Positions 32,901-39,200 of a stretch of DNA of 64,000 nt are shown one piece after another. Made by a program: the position numbers and the translations under genes. The first letter of the stretch is position 1. Each line of letters begins with the position of its first letter. The DNA is from Sedimentisphaerales bacterium (GTDB lineage: Bacteria; Planctomycetota; Phycisphaerae; Sedimentisphaerales; SM23-30). The notes under the pieces were generated by a model. It was not told where the DNA came from, did no database searches, and was given only the letters and a program-made list of their open reading frames with translations. The stretch is from NCBI GenBank assembly GCA_963666285.1, contig OY762711.1, one strand, 5' to 3'.

Positions 32901-34743
32901 GATGACGCCTGATTACCTGGAACAGATGTTGGTAGTCAAGACAGCAAGCGGAGAAAAAATCGCAGAAAAGATAAAAGAGAAGAATATCGAGATATGGGAG
33001 AGGTTTGATGACAAAAAGCTGAACGAGGTATATAACAGTTTAATAGCCGGCCAGGAAAGAGGGATAATCGCGGCGAAATATGCGAAGGAAAACGGGATGA
33101 AGCTGGTGAGTGTGTTTACTGAAGAAGTGATACGTAAGCGGCTGGAAAAGCTGAAGGCATTGACTCCGGAAGAGCTGAAGCGGGAGATATTGAGTGGAAG
33201 TGACCCGATGAACATTAAAGTTGAAGAACAGGAAAGCGGTAGAGAAGAAAAAGAAAGGCTTAAAGCTGAAAAGCCATCTGCGGAAAGTGGTTTTGGGCCG
33301 GTGGATTTTGAAGGGTTTTACCCGGATAGTGAAGATGGCGGCAGGAAACTGGATGAATTGATGGCGGCGAAAGATCGCGAGCTGCGGGCTGCGGACGAGA
33401 TAATAGAGACGGTACGAAACGGGCTGCGGCGGTATAGCGGCCGGGAAAATGTGCTGCGGTGGATTGGCAATATGTTTATCTGGGGTAAGGAGCCGCAGAA
33501 TATAAAGGCGATTGAGCTGATGTACCATGCAAGCGAATCGAAGGATTTCGGGACGGCGGTTTATTTCGGGCTGTCGGTGGTAGATGATATGACAGCTGAG
33601 ATAATCGCGGCAATGGGCGAGGTGGCGATGGAGACGGACGATTATCATAACCAGATCGGTCGGATACACTGGGGTTGTAAGAATCGCGGCAAGGTGGATG
33701 AGCTGACAGAGTATATAAAGCAGTATCTCAGAGATGAAGACCCGGCAAAACGGGAAAAGGCAAAGGATCTGATAGATTATTTTGCTGACAGTAAGGCGTT
33801 TATGGCAAAGAAAGCGGAAGAATATAAAAAAGAGATGGAGCAGAAATATGCCGGGCGGAAGGATGAGTTTAAGGAAAGATTGCTGACGGGCAGCTCTAAA
33901 GAGCGTATGTCGGTGCTGAAAGAGGAAGGCTTATTTACTATACTGGATGAATCGTTTATCGACGGGCTGGCGGCGTGTCTGAAAGACAAGGACGACGATG
34001 TTCGCAACCAGGCGGCGCGGATACTGGGCAATAAATTCGTATGGAGCGGTAAGGAACAGAATGAGCGGGTGATCGAGCTGCTGACCGCCCTGCTGGATGA
34101 TCCATCGCGTGAGGTTCGGTATACGGCGAATTATTTTGGCTTGTCGACGGTGAGCAAGCCGAGTGAAAAGCTGGTTGGGAAAATGCTGGAGACGGTGCTG
34201 GATGACCGGGAGATCAATTATTACGGGCGTGCAATTGGCGGAGTGCGTCGGAACAGTAAGTCGAGCGATGAGATTTTGAAGGGCTGGATGGAAGCCGGGG
34301 GTGAAAAAGCGGTAAAGGCATATGAGATATACGAGGATGTTTTGGGCAAACCGCTACCGAAAGAATATGCGGAGCGTTATGCCGGGCAGAAGTCTGATGT
34401 GCATGCCGGAGCGGCGGCGATGATATTCAGACTTGAACCGATTGGCAAGGAAGAATTGAGTCAGACTGTCTTGAGCTGTCTGAATGATAATAACCTGTTG
34501 GGGAAAGCGAGCGAGCTGTATATCATTGAGAAGCGTGAATCGGCGGTTGGAGTGGTAATATGTGAGAACCTGGCCGACAGAAACGCGGTGCGAGATGCGC
34601 TGGCGAAGAAAGGTTTGACAACACAGGGCTATGTGCATGGGATGATAGGCGTTGTCGGCAGCGGCTGGATGGAGCAGGGTAATCTTGACAAGATCAGGGA
34701 ACAATACAAACAAGATAAAGTAAGAATAAACAATGTGCGGTAA
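20902..34743 (+). CDS. Giant BlaR1/MecR1-like M56 metallopeptidase receptor (4613 aa) with modular ectodomain
   Basis: N-terminal TM helices, SPAACGLWKPVILMP, HELSHIKRGD zinc motif at 22021, YFFNPLLW, REKAVDE and LKDRIKHIL. About 4100 aa of modules follow, including carboxypeptidase-regulatory-like Ig, secretin-fragment-like, lipocalin-like, VPAGTF (DUF3108-like) and HEAT-like regions. Confidence 0.9.
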   Translation: MDITTMINELGQWFCKENFAMLVQSSVLIAVLMLLDLVIKKRVRAVIRYCIWMLVLVKLVLPTSISMPTGLGYWISDQWSMEARTVEQPNSREEISKEGTREDSEAIAAADSMVTDGVRVVRNGAKRNGEELTETADSGGIAANSGKVSNGNGDAAAEDQISGVTGLRDINILQNDVSAEKKSAGLPDGMKSEVRSLKSENEEIKNSEFKNQEEEEKGYGIRDKGLGNVLANARLINNEEATTKKGTENLKSEVGSLKSENEEKQLAAGNQITWQGWIFMGWSVGVLVLVSVLVQRFWFVKSLVAQSEPVKAERIRQLMAECRELVRVSSKVELRLTRNMMSPAACGLWKPVILMPEELLEKLSKDQLKAVLLHELSHIKRGDLWVNLAQTLLQIVYFFNPLLWIANAIIRNVREKAVDELVIAKLEGDAGMYSSTLVDIAEIAFSRPHFSLRLVGVVESKKALKDRIKHILSRKFPKSARLGAAGIVSIIVLAAVLLPMASGQGAQDKYIFEYGDGHKIELVGICSWPPNGNKWHSPDGMPLDIKIQTSDSSGIESDEPGYQLAFRSDKGAAFKLEYIKGCRAKSELGVFDKNEITAFKAHINGNLNKTNIRIAVPDGNWETSCSSRSITGTSGHKVDGKPLIFGGMQSGDNMIITCSDNVGYKKASRIVVIDKSGKIVDGKSIADTGFNNVRQRTIEYKNIGPADIDKIEFMTCSYKTHTFKNVVLKSIPKNLQFRIEGTVTDADTGDPIAGAKVGDVSGYNSGRFSTTTDENGKYEYLTYYEEHNIVAKAAGYETKQEILLTKLIGKEDKKTIDFNLKDERKQGSGIGDKGLGKVLANARLINNEEATTKKGTENLKSEVGSLKSESEEIKNSELKIKEEEEEEEEEKGYGIRDKGLGNVLADARLINNEEATTKKGMDNLKSEVGSLKSEKEYIKKEENNPKESEELRTKYTLSELLKNIQNADNVRSQLLSNSQGKALINITLSKMATNGKGKLQDESVKKFDTDDYSCVIDKNGNFTIDWYQSVVKRRFDLHSVDQLNNTTQAKPLWSNVDARTFIDPNKWIVYDAIKDECSAKNAKARAKHATNPLSIIFDFDIERLYSVNLHSQIRNIVLLYANNGTKPKIAAETVNGIPCIKISIFKEAENDNGNIMNKLIEFWVSPEMGHSLIKYRFSMGKWSQGIDLPLWQSYDASYIESKENHGVWLLNKLEMSHKDITMGNIETLRVEFVETEIDTAISGEVFTTKGLGVTDKTKFVDKLMEEKESQRYGEEIKKEELKIKKEEEEKGYGKENIKDEVSSIKYKKNSNTKDGKDAEMGTDPINSLDIKQEWKTIAESYKVNSNIPVQVASVATDYGQVVFGNAYSKDDGAWISTTDDIDRNICEVRIVAIDIDGNILLQNGGGSSTVNKTNTLQCRFDTELSKVSLFEIQIRNNETTKDAEAEINIETIKGWVIDYYKDYDLEHPSDRILKRRFLEWNEPAVDSSNRHLINCTVEETSRKSGDDIIVIKGEDFTFNPDGSCASKKKTNTNSLFDYIASDIVGRYIRNNIDDGYSWKSYVEKGNLGTDENGNYTYRIKYELRYNDSSYSYTYFTKTFTVNPDYEIIAIEELPKELTSYDKRRIANMVSEYREKMRKRDIAGILEMLVIEDDKHLEMVKQYLEETLYGKWSDWNFYSEENNKFVDVYEDGNNNFEAWTLTKSLDDKWTIGVIPVRYKNGEFKLDNFNKETIEKCKIIKTTDIDSMGKILQQKNAEGWVHAEGKELKKLYLDKITHEQRSLATLSVADKYKLEMMRFCTREEIEKRLNELESMTPEELKEKMISEALLRPAQNKAARGEKSEVRSLKAESEEIKNSELKIKEEEEKGYGVENIKDEVSSIKYKKNSNTKDGKDAEMGTDPFNSTYLQNSGSIWDLHKTDRMQDIFMLDLETGLKAKLKDIADIEQLKRTQESFNAGDIYYCYDQQPWLGIVQEAHFANGNIEFDPALKRTVISGLNNIIVITKDNRTFDINFSYSDENGCMIKYREIAAGEPMPKIKFKAQVSTEIRFAAIDNKAVPGYDNSDCSIVSKDEYEEIIEKTKKDSKGRLITAPNVTLFDGEKTDISLSTEIFRQLGYDNMDIRFTPYVMDNNIVSLAVKFNREIDSGRRAEIQKYVRFEAGQYGVLPLKNIIGIDYLMIVNCQIIEPDDGSNGNHGSWEKDKKEKSDPLFDREYLGEWKMPELDIKEGKKIKSLRLNIKDNGTMTIRYIDMNGDTILLDADYDVQDGMVIAGNGDNIYVRCYFKDDIFSAEMPEFDMTVLLEQVMPEANLKTDGEEIKNSELKIEENIKDEVSSIKYKKNSNTKDGKDAEMGTDPINSLDIKQGWKTIAESYKVNSNIPVQVASVATDYGQVVFGNAYSKDDGAWISTTDDIDRNIFEVRIVAIDIDGNILLQNGGGSSTVNKTNTLQCRFDTELSKVSLFEIQIRNNVEMGTDPINSTFKTVVLKNSIQAINLSNNQKTYDFYVLDMASGNVKEYENVQDFNHLTNILNSVGKGDMAFVFTKDRCMPVINWVRNARPVEKADERQSHYFYSAKWYPDDNIITNEGKRYYVYFKDCDENGCEIYYREIMPGESLPKNVEREYVNENNEIVSIEMELFSLNGTEYSIDTERIIKNGDELDETQISFLRKISESGKVNFWEKLPKIKAFKTEKVDMSSLGAILPADKFQIDKLTVIPNDINGGSLCLDIDLAGSFHAVDYTGDNKTDAIMSSFTRKVTNIMPENKAALLELCGVNGIHYFMLVKMQNAGSDLKDENEEIKNSELKIEEEEEEEKGYGIRDKGLGNVLADARLINNEEATTKKGTDPINSFTPSWIGLPEGWDRDKAWKEITSYLENNIKRDLPESNISYFNDDIKHGPVEISYHTQKYQVESPVSKARIDTEKQTETGPQPDGLIIRIYLTENIEQMVRPQTLDKTFWKVDFLKIYLPELKLFLMANISYGNQTDQTLLSKYRNLNGIMANIIESTQTTKITEVDNQRYDTVDKKYMDKMAGEVLFCGEYKHISRRREIETPSTLLVTRGADGEINALAYMPWMGSYDMAVGDKEGKLSGYFTWRAESEGKPGFDTELELGDGKAVLNRHGIREDKVNVELSVAEGARFSPNSRPDSYCADNIFMRGLDIAVETSKEFEVYDWDNSGEAMASYTIEVYNAGKEEVVVPAGTFEANHYVLTQTSTGNTWYKKQNGHITDYWVMDDGIIVRVLRHREPYEIQLMKNERIQGSGFRGQGSGKVLADARANNTVSKGEYEICGTVTTEMSEGRWEEFFARMDAAKTEKELNDIVTSERQPGKEPAANVEVKLIGRYGNKPFERITSTDNNGNYWFKDLPIGSYRISCQDNIVYNRTGSIVTMVGEGDKPIEFVLSGKKRAEMDIELRDNNLLTVTGRVLDQKGRPITNAVVTGTSTPLENGGIGETSEQTRIFSPQIITGKTDAEGRYQLAGFEAAHYINVFRSLINTNKDARGPYKFFADITVRADGYVPAERKAYRVPLAGEEQLYRARRLLKAYEKLDTDAKVKENPEPVWPFAKCEGSKLVGVDIVMKSERISEELRTKSEEFRNPPTAEANLKTDGEEIKNSELKIKKEENANTAVGNDELVVEDAEKETVSINSSLIFSESAYDKMKKELVQETAENTKESSIDQFVGIWENPGFIGNDEGRPKYTYLLIIYEDGKVIHEELELGVYKVEEGKYDIKQNAIIICGSKGEEYAICKIDKIGKLIVAQKAYSISTRYNKIMSTTDISTKTMKQWFSLRSVVPFLGKWYLFNHIIVDNIGNNSSLVKSAECKFNNDSTFDITLDDGTGQDAISGFQCNFKDGKINILMGNSIFGVCRIDDGDLIIEQPNLGTRMIFKREKPSDKKELTEADKGEIKALVLKFWRKIREKDMDALISMHIIESNEHREQLEKYLGMILDDIRPGDPGYPSEENLRIVDVFAENDYFAATLLQKVSDEWIVRDILVKEEAGEYKMNMMTPDYLEQMLVVKTASGEKIAEKIKEKNIEIWERFDDKKLNEVYNSLIAGQERGIIAAKYAKENGMKLVSVFTEEVIRKRLEKLKALTPEELKREILSGSDPMNIKVEEQESGREEKERLKAEKPSAESGFGPVDFEGFYPDSEDGGRKLDELMAAKDRELRAADEIIETVRNGLRRYSGRENVLRWIGNMFIWGKEPQNIKAIELMYHASESKDFGTAVYFGLSVVDDMTAEIIAAMGEVAMETDDYHNQIGRIHWGCKNRGKVDELTEYIKQYLRDEDPAKREKAKDLIDYFADSKAFMAKKAEEYKKEMEQKYAGRKDEFKERLLTGSSKERMSVLKEEGLFTILDESFIDGLAACLKDKDDDVRNQAARILGNKFVWSGKEQNERVIELLTALLDDPSREVRYTANYFGLSTVSKPSEKLVGKMLETVLDDREINYYGRAIGGVRRNSKSSDEILKGWMEAGGEKAVKAYEIYEDVLGKPLPKEYAERYAGQKSDVHAGAAAMIFRLEPIGKEELSQTVLSCLNDNNLLGKASELYIIEKRESAVGVVICENLADRNAVRDALAKKGLTTQGYVHGMIGVVGSGWMEQGNLDKIREQYKQDKVRINNVR
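21471..21690 (+). repeat. In-frame linker repeat L1
   Basis: Encodes KSEVRSLKSE-EEIKNSEFK-EEEE-KGYGIRDKGLG-NVLANARLINNEEATTKKGTENL-KSEVGSLKSE. Confidence 0.9.
23356..23763 (+). repeat. In-frame linker repeat L2 (two tandem units)
   Basis: Near-identical DNA to L1 and L7. Contains (GAA)9 and ends with SEELRTK. Confidence 0.9.
24718..24882 (+). repeat. In-frame linker repeat L3
   Basis: Encodes EEIKKEELKIK-EEEE-KGYG-ENIKDEVSSIKYKKNSNTKDGKDAEMGTDPINS. Palindrome at 24861-24873. Confidence 0.9.
24784..25211 (+). repeat. Copy 1 of a ~428-bp near-identical internal duplication
   Basis: Matches 27871-28298 at offset 3087. By eye, 4 substitutions in the ~330-nt domain part. Confidence 0.95.
26418..26610 (+). 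repeat. In-frame linker repeat L4
   Basis: Encodes KSEVRSLKAE-EEIKNSELKIK-EEEE-KGYG-ENIKDEVSS...MGTDPFNS. Palindrome at 26589-26601. Confidence 0.9.
27813..27969 (+). repeat. In-frame linker repeat L5
   Basis: Encodes EANLKTDG-EEIKNSELKI-ENIKDEVSS...MGTDPINS. Palindrome at 27948-27960. Confidence 0.9.
27871..28298 (+). repeat. Copy 2 of the ~428-bp internal duplication
   Basis: Matches 24784-25211. Confidence 0.95.
28303..28329 (+). repeat. Minimal linker L6 (palindrome site only)
   Basis: GAAATGGGGACGGACCCCATTAATTCA, identical to 27943-27969. Confidence 0.9.
29261..29435 (+). repeat. In-frame linker repeat L7
   Basis: Encodes LKDENEEIKNSELKI-E7-KGYGIRDKGLG-NVLADARLINNEEATTKK-GTDPINS. Palindrome at 29415-29427. 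Confidence 0.9.
30643..30723 (+). repeat. In-frame linker repeat L8
   Basis: CAGGGAT-type heptamers, then AGGGAAGGTGCTCGCTGACGCTCGAGCTAATAA (QGSGFRGQGSGKVLADARANN). Confidence 0.8.
31618..31755 (+). repeat. In-frame linker repeat L9
   Basis: Encodes KSERISEELRTKSEEFRNPPTA-EANLKTDG-EEIKNSELKIKKEEN. Confidence 0.85.
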
Positions 34744-34750
34744 CAGGTGC

Positions 34751-34879
34751 CAGGGAAGGAAAGCCGCGAAGCGGTAAACAAATCAATAACTCAAACTGAC
34801 CGATGGTCAGTTTGAGAGGTATTAGTTATTAGTTATTTGGTATTAGGGAAGGTTTGCCGCAAAGCGGCAGGCTAATTAA
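34751..34879 (+). repeat. Intergenic composite repeat (hairpins plus GTATTAG-type heptamers); may also act as a terminator
   Basis: Perfect 12-bp stem CTCAAACTGACC-GAT-GGTCAGTTTGAG (34790-34816), a heptamer tract, then AGGGAAGG-TTTGCCGCAAAGCGGCA-GGCTAATTAA. Confidence 0.75.
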
Positions 34880-35291
34880 ATCATTAATGTAACAATTTGC
34901 ATTGAATTATGTTACCGCAATAAAAAATGTAAAATCGGTCACTTTGAGTCAATAAAAATAATCCGGGAAATTTAGCTGGAAATCGGTTATAAAGGAACCA
35001 TGTGCTTGTGTTGGGCATTGTTTTTTGACATTAGCAAAAAAAGGAATGCAAAGTTATGACTCGGCTTATTACTATAATAATATCATTTTCATTATTCTGG
35101 ATATGCAGTTGCAGCAATAGGCAAGATAGCAGTTCGGTTGATATTCGAAGTCTGAATTCAGAAAATAAGCGGGCAGACAACGGAAGAGATAAAGTATAAG
35201 TATGGATATAAATACTTATGACCGGCGATTGGGTGCAGATCGAAAAAATAATCGGAACAGAAAATATAAAGGCACACTGAAAATTGAAGTG

Positions 35292-35807
35292 TTAGATAGT
35301 ATCTTTTGCGTTTACCGGTTTAAAAATCTCAATGCCGGTGAGTGTCATGCAAGCAATAATGGCATAGAACATGCCAATTACCATAGTTGCGAGCCACGGT
35401 CCGCACCATGACGGGTCGGTATTGCGTGTAAGTACGAGCATGCCGGAGAAATATGGTATAAGCCCAATGGCAAGGCAGGCAAGACCGGTAGTATGAAGCG
35501 AAAATCTCTTTTTGTGACGCATGAGATAGTATATGTATGCCATTACAGGTACGGTCAGTAAAAATGCACGGAAGTCAACCATTATATACATATAATGAAA
35601 CGGAATAATGGCAGGAAAATTCATCCAGAACTCAGTTGAGGTAAATACATGCAGAATGTGCCCTTCTGTGAGTAAATCCAAGTCGATATCGATAACGCGT
35701 CCCATATTCATCAACAGGTATATAAACGATAATATCGCAGTTGAAGCTGCCAGACAGACGAAAAAGATCGAATAATTCAGTATTTTTTGTATTATCCCTT
35801 TAACCAT
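35292..35807 (-). CDS. Hypothetical multi-pass membrane protein
   Basis: 171 aa with about 4 hydrophobic segments. GAGG RBS upstream of the ATG. Confidence 0.6.
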   Translation of the reverse strand: MVKGIIQKILNYSIFFVCLAASTAILSFIYLLMNMGRVIDIDLDLLTEGHILHVFTSTEFWMNFPAIIPFHYMYIMVDFRAFLLTVPVMAYIYYLMRHKKRFSLHTTGLACLAIGLIPYFSGMLVLTRNTDPSWCGPWLATMVIGMFYAIIACMTLTGIEIFKPVNAKDTI

Positions 35808-36220
35808 AATATTTTACCTCAATACATAGTAACCATTTATACGGTTACAGTAATAAGAAACGAGTAAACAGGAAGCTGAGGTAAATATACGATTTAAAAG
35901 GACAAAAAGCAATATATGCCGGGAGGATATGATTTCCATGGTAATTACAGTAATAATATGATATAAGATATATGGCAACCTCTTAAAATTCATTTCGAGC
36001 GACAAGTTTATCTTTTGCTTGCTGACATGCGTCACATAAAACAGTGAATATAGCTCAATATGCACGATTTTTATATTCCTTGTCAGCAACCAAAATCTTA
36101 AACTATCGCATCAAAAGCAATATCCAGAGGTCACCATAAGGCTATCTAAAATAGATTCATTCAGTTTTTAATCTGTAAACAAACTAACTGTATAATATTA
36201 ATCTTAAATAGAGGACAGTC

Positions 36221-39200
36221 ATGTTAAAGTCAATTAAAGTATTGTTATGTTTATCTTTCACATTGTTAAATTTAACGAATTCTGCCAGTAGTAATGAAGC
36301 CAGATTTAACAGTTTCGAGTTCCGTTATTATTCTCAATCTGAAAAAGCAAACGGCGAAACTGATTTTAAAGGTAAAACAGAAGTATTTGACACAAATGCC
36401 CGGATAGATTTTTTGAATGCCTATACCGATTACGCATCAAAATATTTCAACGTGCCTAACCTGGATGCAAAAGCTGTATATGAGGAGCAAATATCAGATG
36501 TCATTAAAGGTATAAAGGCTCAGCCGCTGTCCGAAGTGCGCCGGACAATAAAACTGGAAGACTGGAAAGCACTGGGCTATCGTACAGGTCAGGAAGAAAC
36601 GGAAAAAGCGGTAATTGCTTTATGGGAAAAATACCCCAATGCCCAGGCAGCAGATAATCACCTGACAGTTAGTGCCGGGCGTATTGACCATAAGCTGGAC
36701 ACAGGGATGAACTGGCGATTCAAATTCAGATGGCAAGCCGGAATAGAGAAAAATAATAATACATCATTCTGTCTATCCGGTTCAGGGAAAAACATATTAG
36801 AAGTCGGCTTCGATAAAAACGGCAGTATATATATCAGGAAAGCTTCAGAAAAAACCAATATACAGTCTTACAAAACAGGAAATAATATAGAGTTTACAAT
36901 TGAAGGAGACCTGGAGAATAATTTTTACAACCTTTACCTGGATGGCAAACTTGTATTATATGCCGAACCAATGCTGGAAAAAGCAATTGAAGCAGTTGAC
37001 ACATTTTCAATTGCTACAGACGATAAAGTGATGATCGATAAGATATTTGGATATGACTATGTCAGAGATATGAAGAATAATCGGGTGCCCTACTCTCCGC
37101 GGCTGGTTATCAATAATTATTTCAGTATCAAGCCATCAATTGACCAATGGCAGGAATCGGGCTATAACGATGATAGATGGCAGTCGACGACATTGCCAGC
37201 GGTACACGGCGGATTTTACGGTAAAGAGGAAGATCTTTACCTGCGGAAAAAGATTCGTATAGGCGACTACGAGAAAGCAATATTGTCATTTGAGACAATT
37301 GACCCGGGCGGAGTAGTCTATATTAATAATAAAAAGGCAGCGACCATCAATAACCGGCTGCCGGTGAGTATCGATGCAACGCCCTACCTTAAAAAGAATG
37401 CGCAGAACCAGATAGCGGTAAAGGTGAACAGTTTCAGACTGAACAATCCTATGCTGCACTCATGTGCCGACAGGTATATAGGCTGGTTTGCGGGCAGATG
37501 CAAACTGGAGCTTACCTCAGCAGTTAATATCGATAAAATACTGATTCATACGGAAATACTTGATGGAAGCAAAGCAACACAAAGACATAAGGTAGCATTA
37601 GAAAATAGTACCGACCAGGAATTTACCGGGAAATTAGAAATATGCTACCGACCCTGGTATCCTGAGGAAGGAGCTGAACAGCTCAAGCAGATATTCGAGA
37701 TTAGAATACCAGCTCACCAGAGTATTGTACAGGAACATGATACGACTTTGAATAATGCTTCGTTATGGACATTTAAGACACCGAATCTCTACAAGGTACA
37801 AGTACTATTGAAAAACGATAAGGGTCAGCCAGTAGATGATATTGCAGCAACAACCGGCATACGAACAGTCAGCCAGGAAGGTGGTACGTTCCGGATTAAC
37901 AGCAAAGAAGAGATACTCAATGGAGTCCAGAATATGGGCTTTCGTATGCCATTTGAGGACCTGGCAAAAAATAACCGCTGCGCCCCGCTGGAAGTCCTGG
38001 TGGAAGAACTGCTAATGGCGAAAAATTGCGGGTCAAATGCCTTTCGAGTACACGTGCATGCGGCATTGAATACAGCAGACGGCATTAATGACCCAAGAAT
38101 AGCCGAGCTATGCGATCAGCTTGGCATTATGCTGATATGGCAGACCGGGGCATGGATACGTGAAGGCAGCTGGGAAGGAATCGACCTGGAAGGGCTGCCA
38201 CATTATATGGAGCAGGTTTATAATCATCCATCTATCGTAGTCTGGGAGCTGAGCAACCATCCCAATAAGTTCAAGCCAGAACCAGTGAGTAATTCATTTG
38301 ATTTTGTCAGAAAGACAATACAGGCAGCAACAGCGGTAGATACCAGCAGGTTGATATCCCCTACAACATTCTGGCAGCATACGCATATTAAAAATGATGC
38401 CGGTACCAGGGACATTCACGGCAACGATATAACAGCTCCAAGTGAATATACCCACCCATTGTGTACACGCGGCACACAGGATTCCTTAACGGGCTATGGT
38501 TTCGACTGGTATAAAGTGAGGAACTGGCCTTCAGGCTGGTCAAAAGACTGCCTGGATAACGGTCAGCGAGCGTATTTCAACTGGGAGCATGAAGAATCCA
38601 TCGCCCAGCCAAACTGGACACTATGCAAGGGTAAACCATGGTACCAGATGCAATCTTATGAATGGGACTATGACAACGGCAGTATCGGTAAAAAACTTGA
38701 TGCCGATCAATGGCGGGCCAGCCAGGGTTTCCAGGCTTTTAGCGCATATGAAGCAATGAAGAAGCAGCGTATGTTCGGCGTGTCGGGTTTTTCATGGTGC
38801 TGTCTGCATGGCGGAGCAAACTCAGGCACATATAAGAAACCTTTGATAGACTGCCTGGGCTATCCCAAACTTGCCTGGTACATACATAAATTCATATATC
38901 AGCGGGTACTGGCCGGAAGTGATAATGTAGATGTGGTTTACGGGCCGGACGATACGGTTACGCCGGTAATTCTAAACTTTGATGATGCCAAAGTAGTCGG
39001 ACTTACAATAAAGGTTCGCAACCAGAAGAACCAGGTAGTAAAGGAATTAAGCTATCCCGGAATTACGCTTGGAGAAGGTCGCAGTGTAACGAAACTGGAA
39101 CCGGTAAAGATTGACTTCCCCGGGGAAGGGTATTATGCCATAGAGTACATAGTAGAGCGGCAGGATGGTAAAGATATTTCCATGACAGCTGATTTTAAGG

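Noticed and set aside
20328..34743. Beta-lactam resistance locus (blaI/blaR1/blaZ)
   Set aside because: No recognisable penicillin-binding domain and no beta-lactamase nearby, so gene symbols were withheld.
35202..36089. ORFs 35202..35411 (+) and 35814..36089 (-)
   Set aside because: Short with no recognisable motif. The first overlaps another gene antisense and the second lies in AT-rich intergenic DNA.
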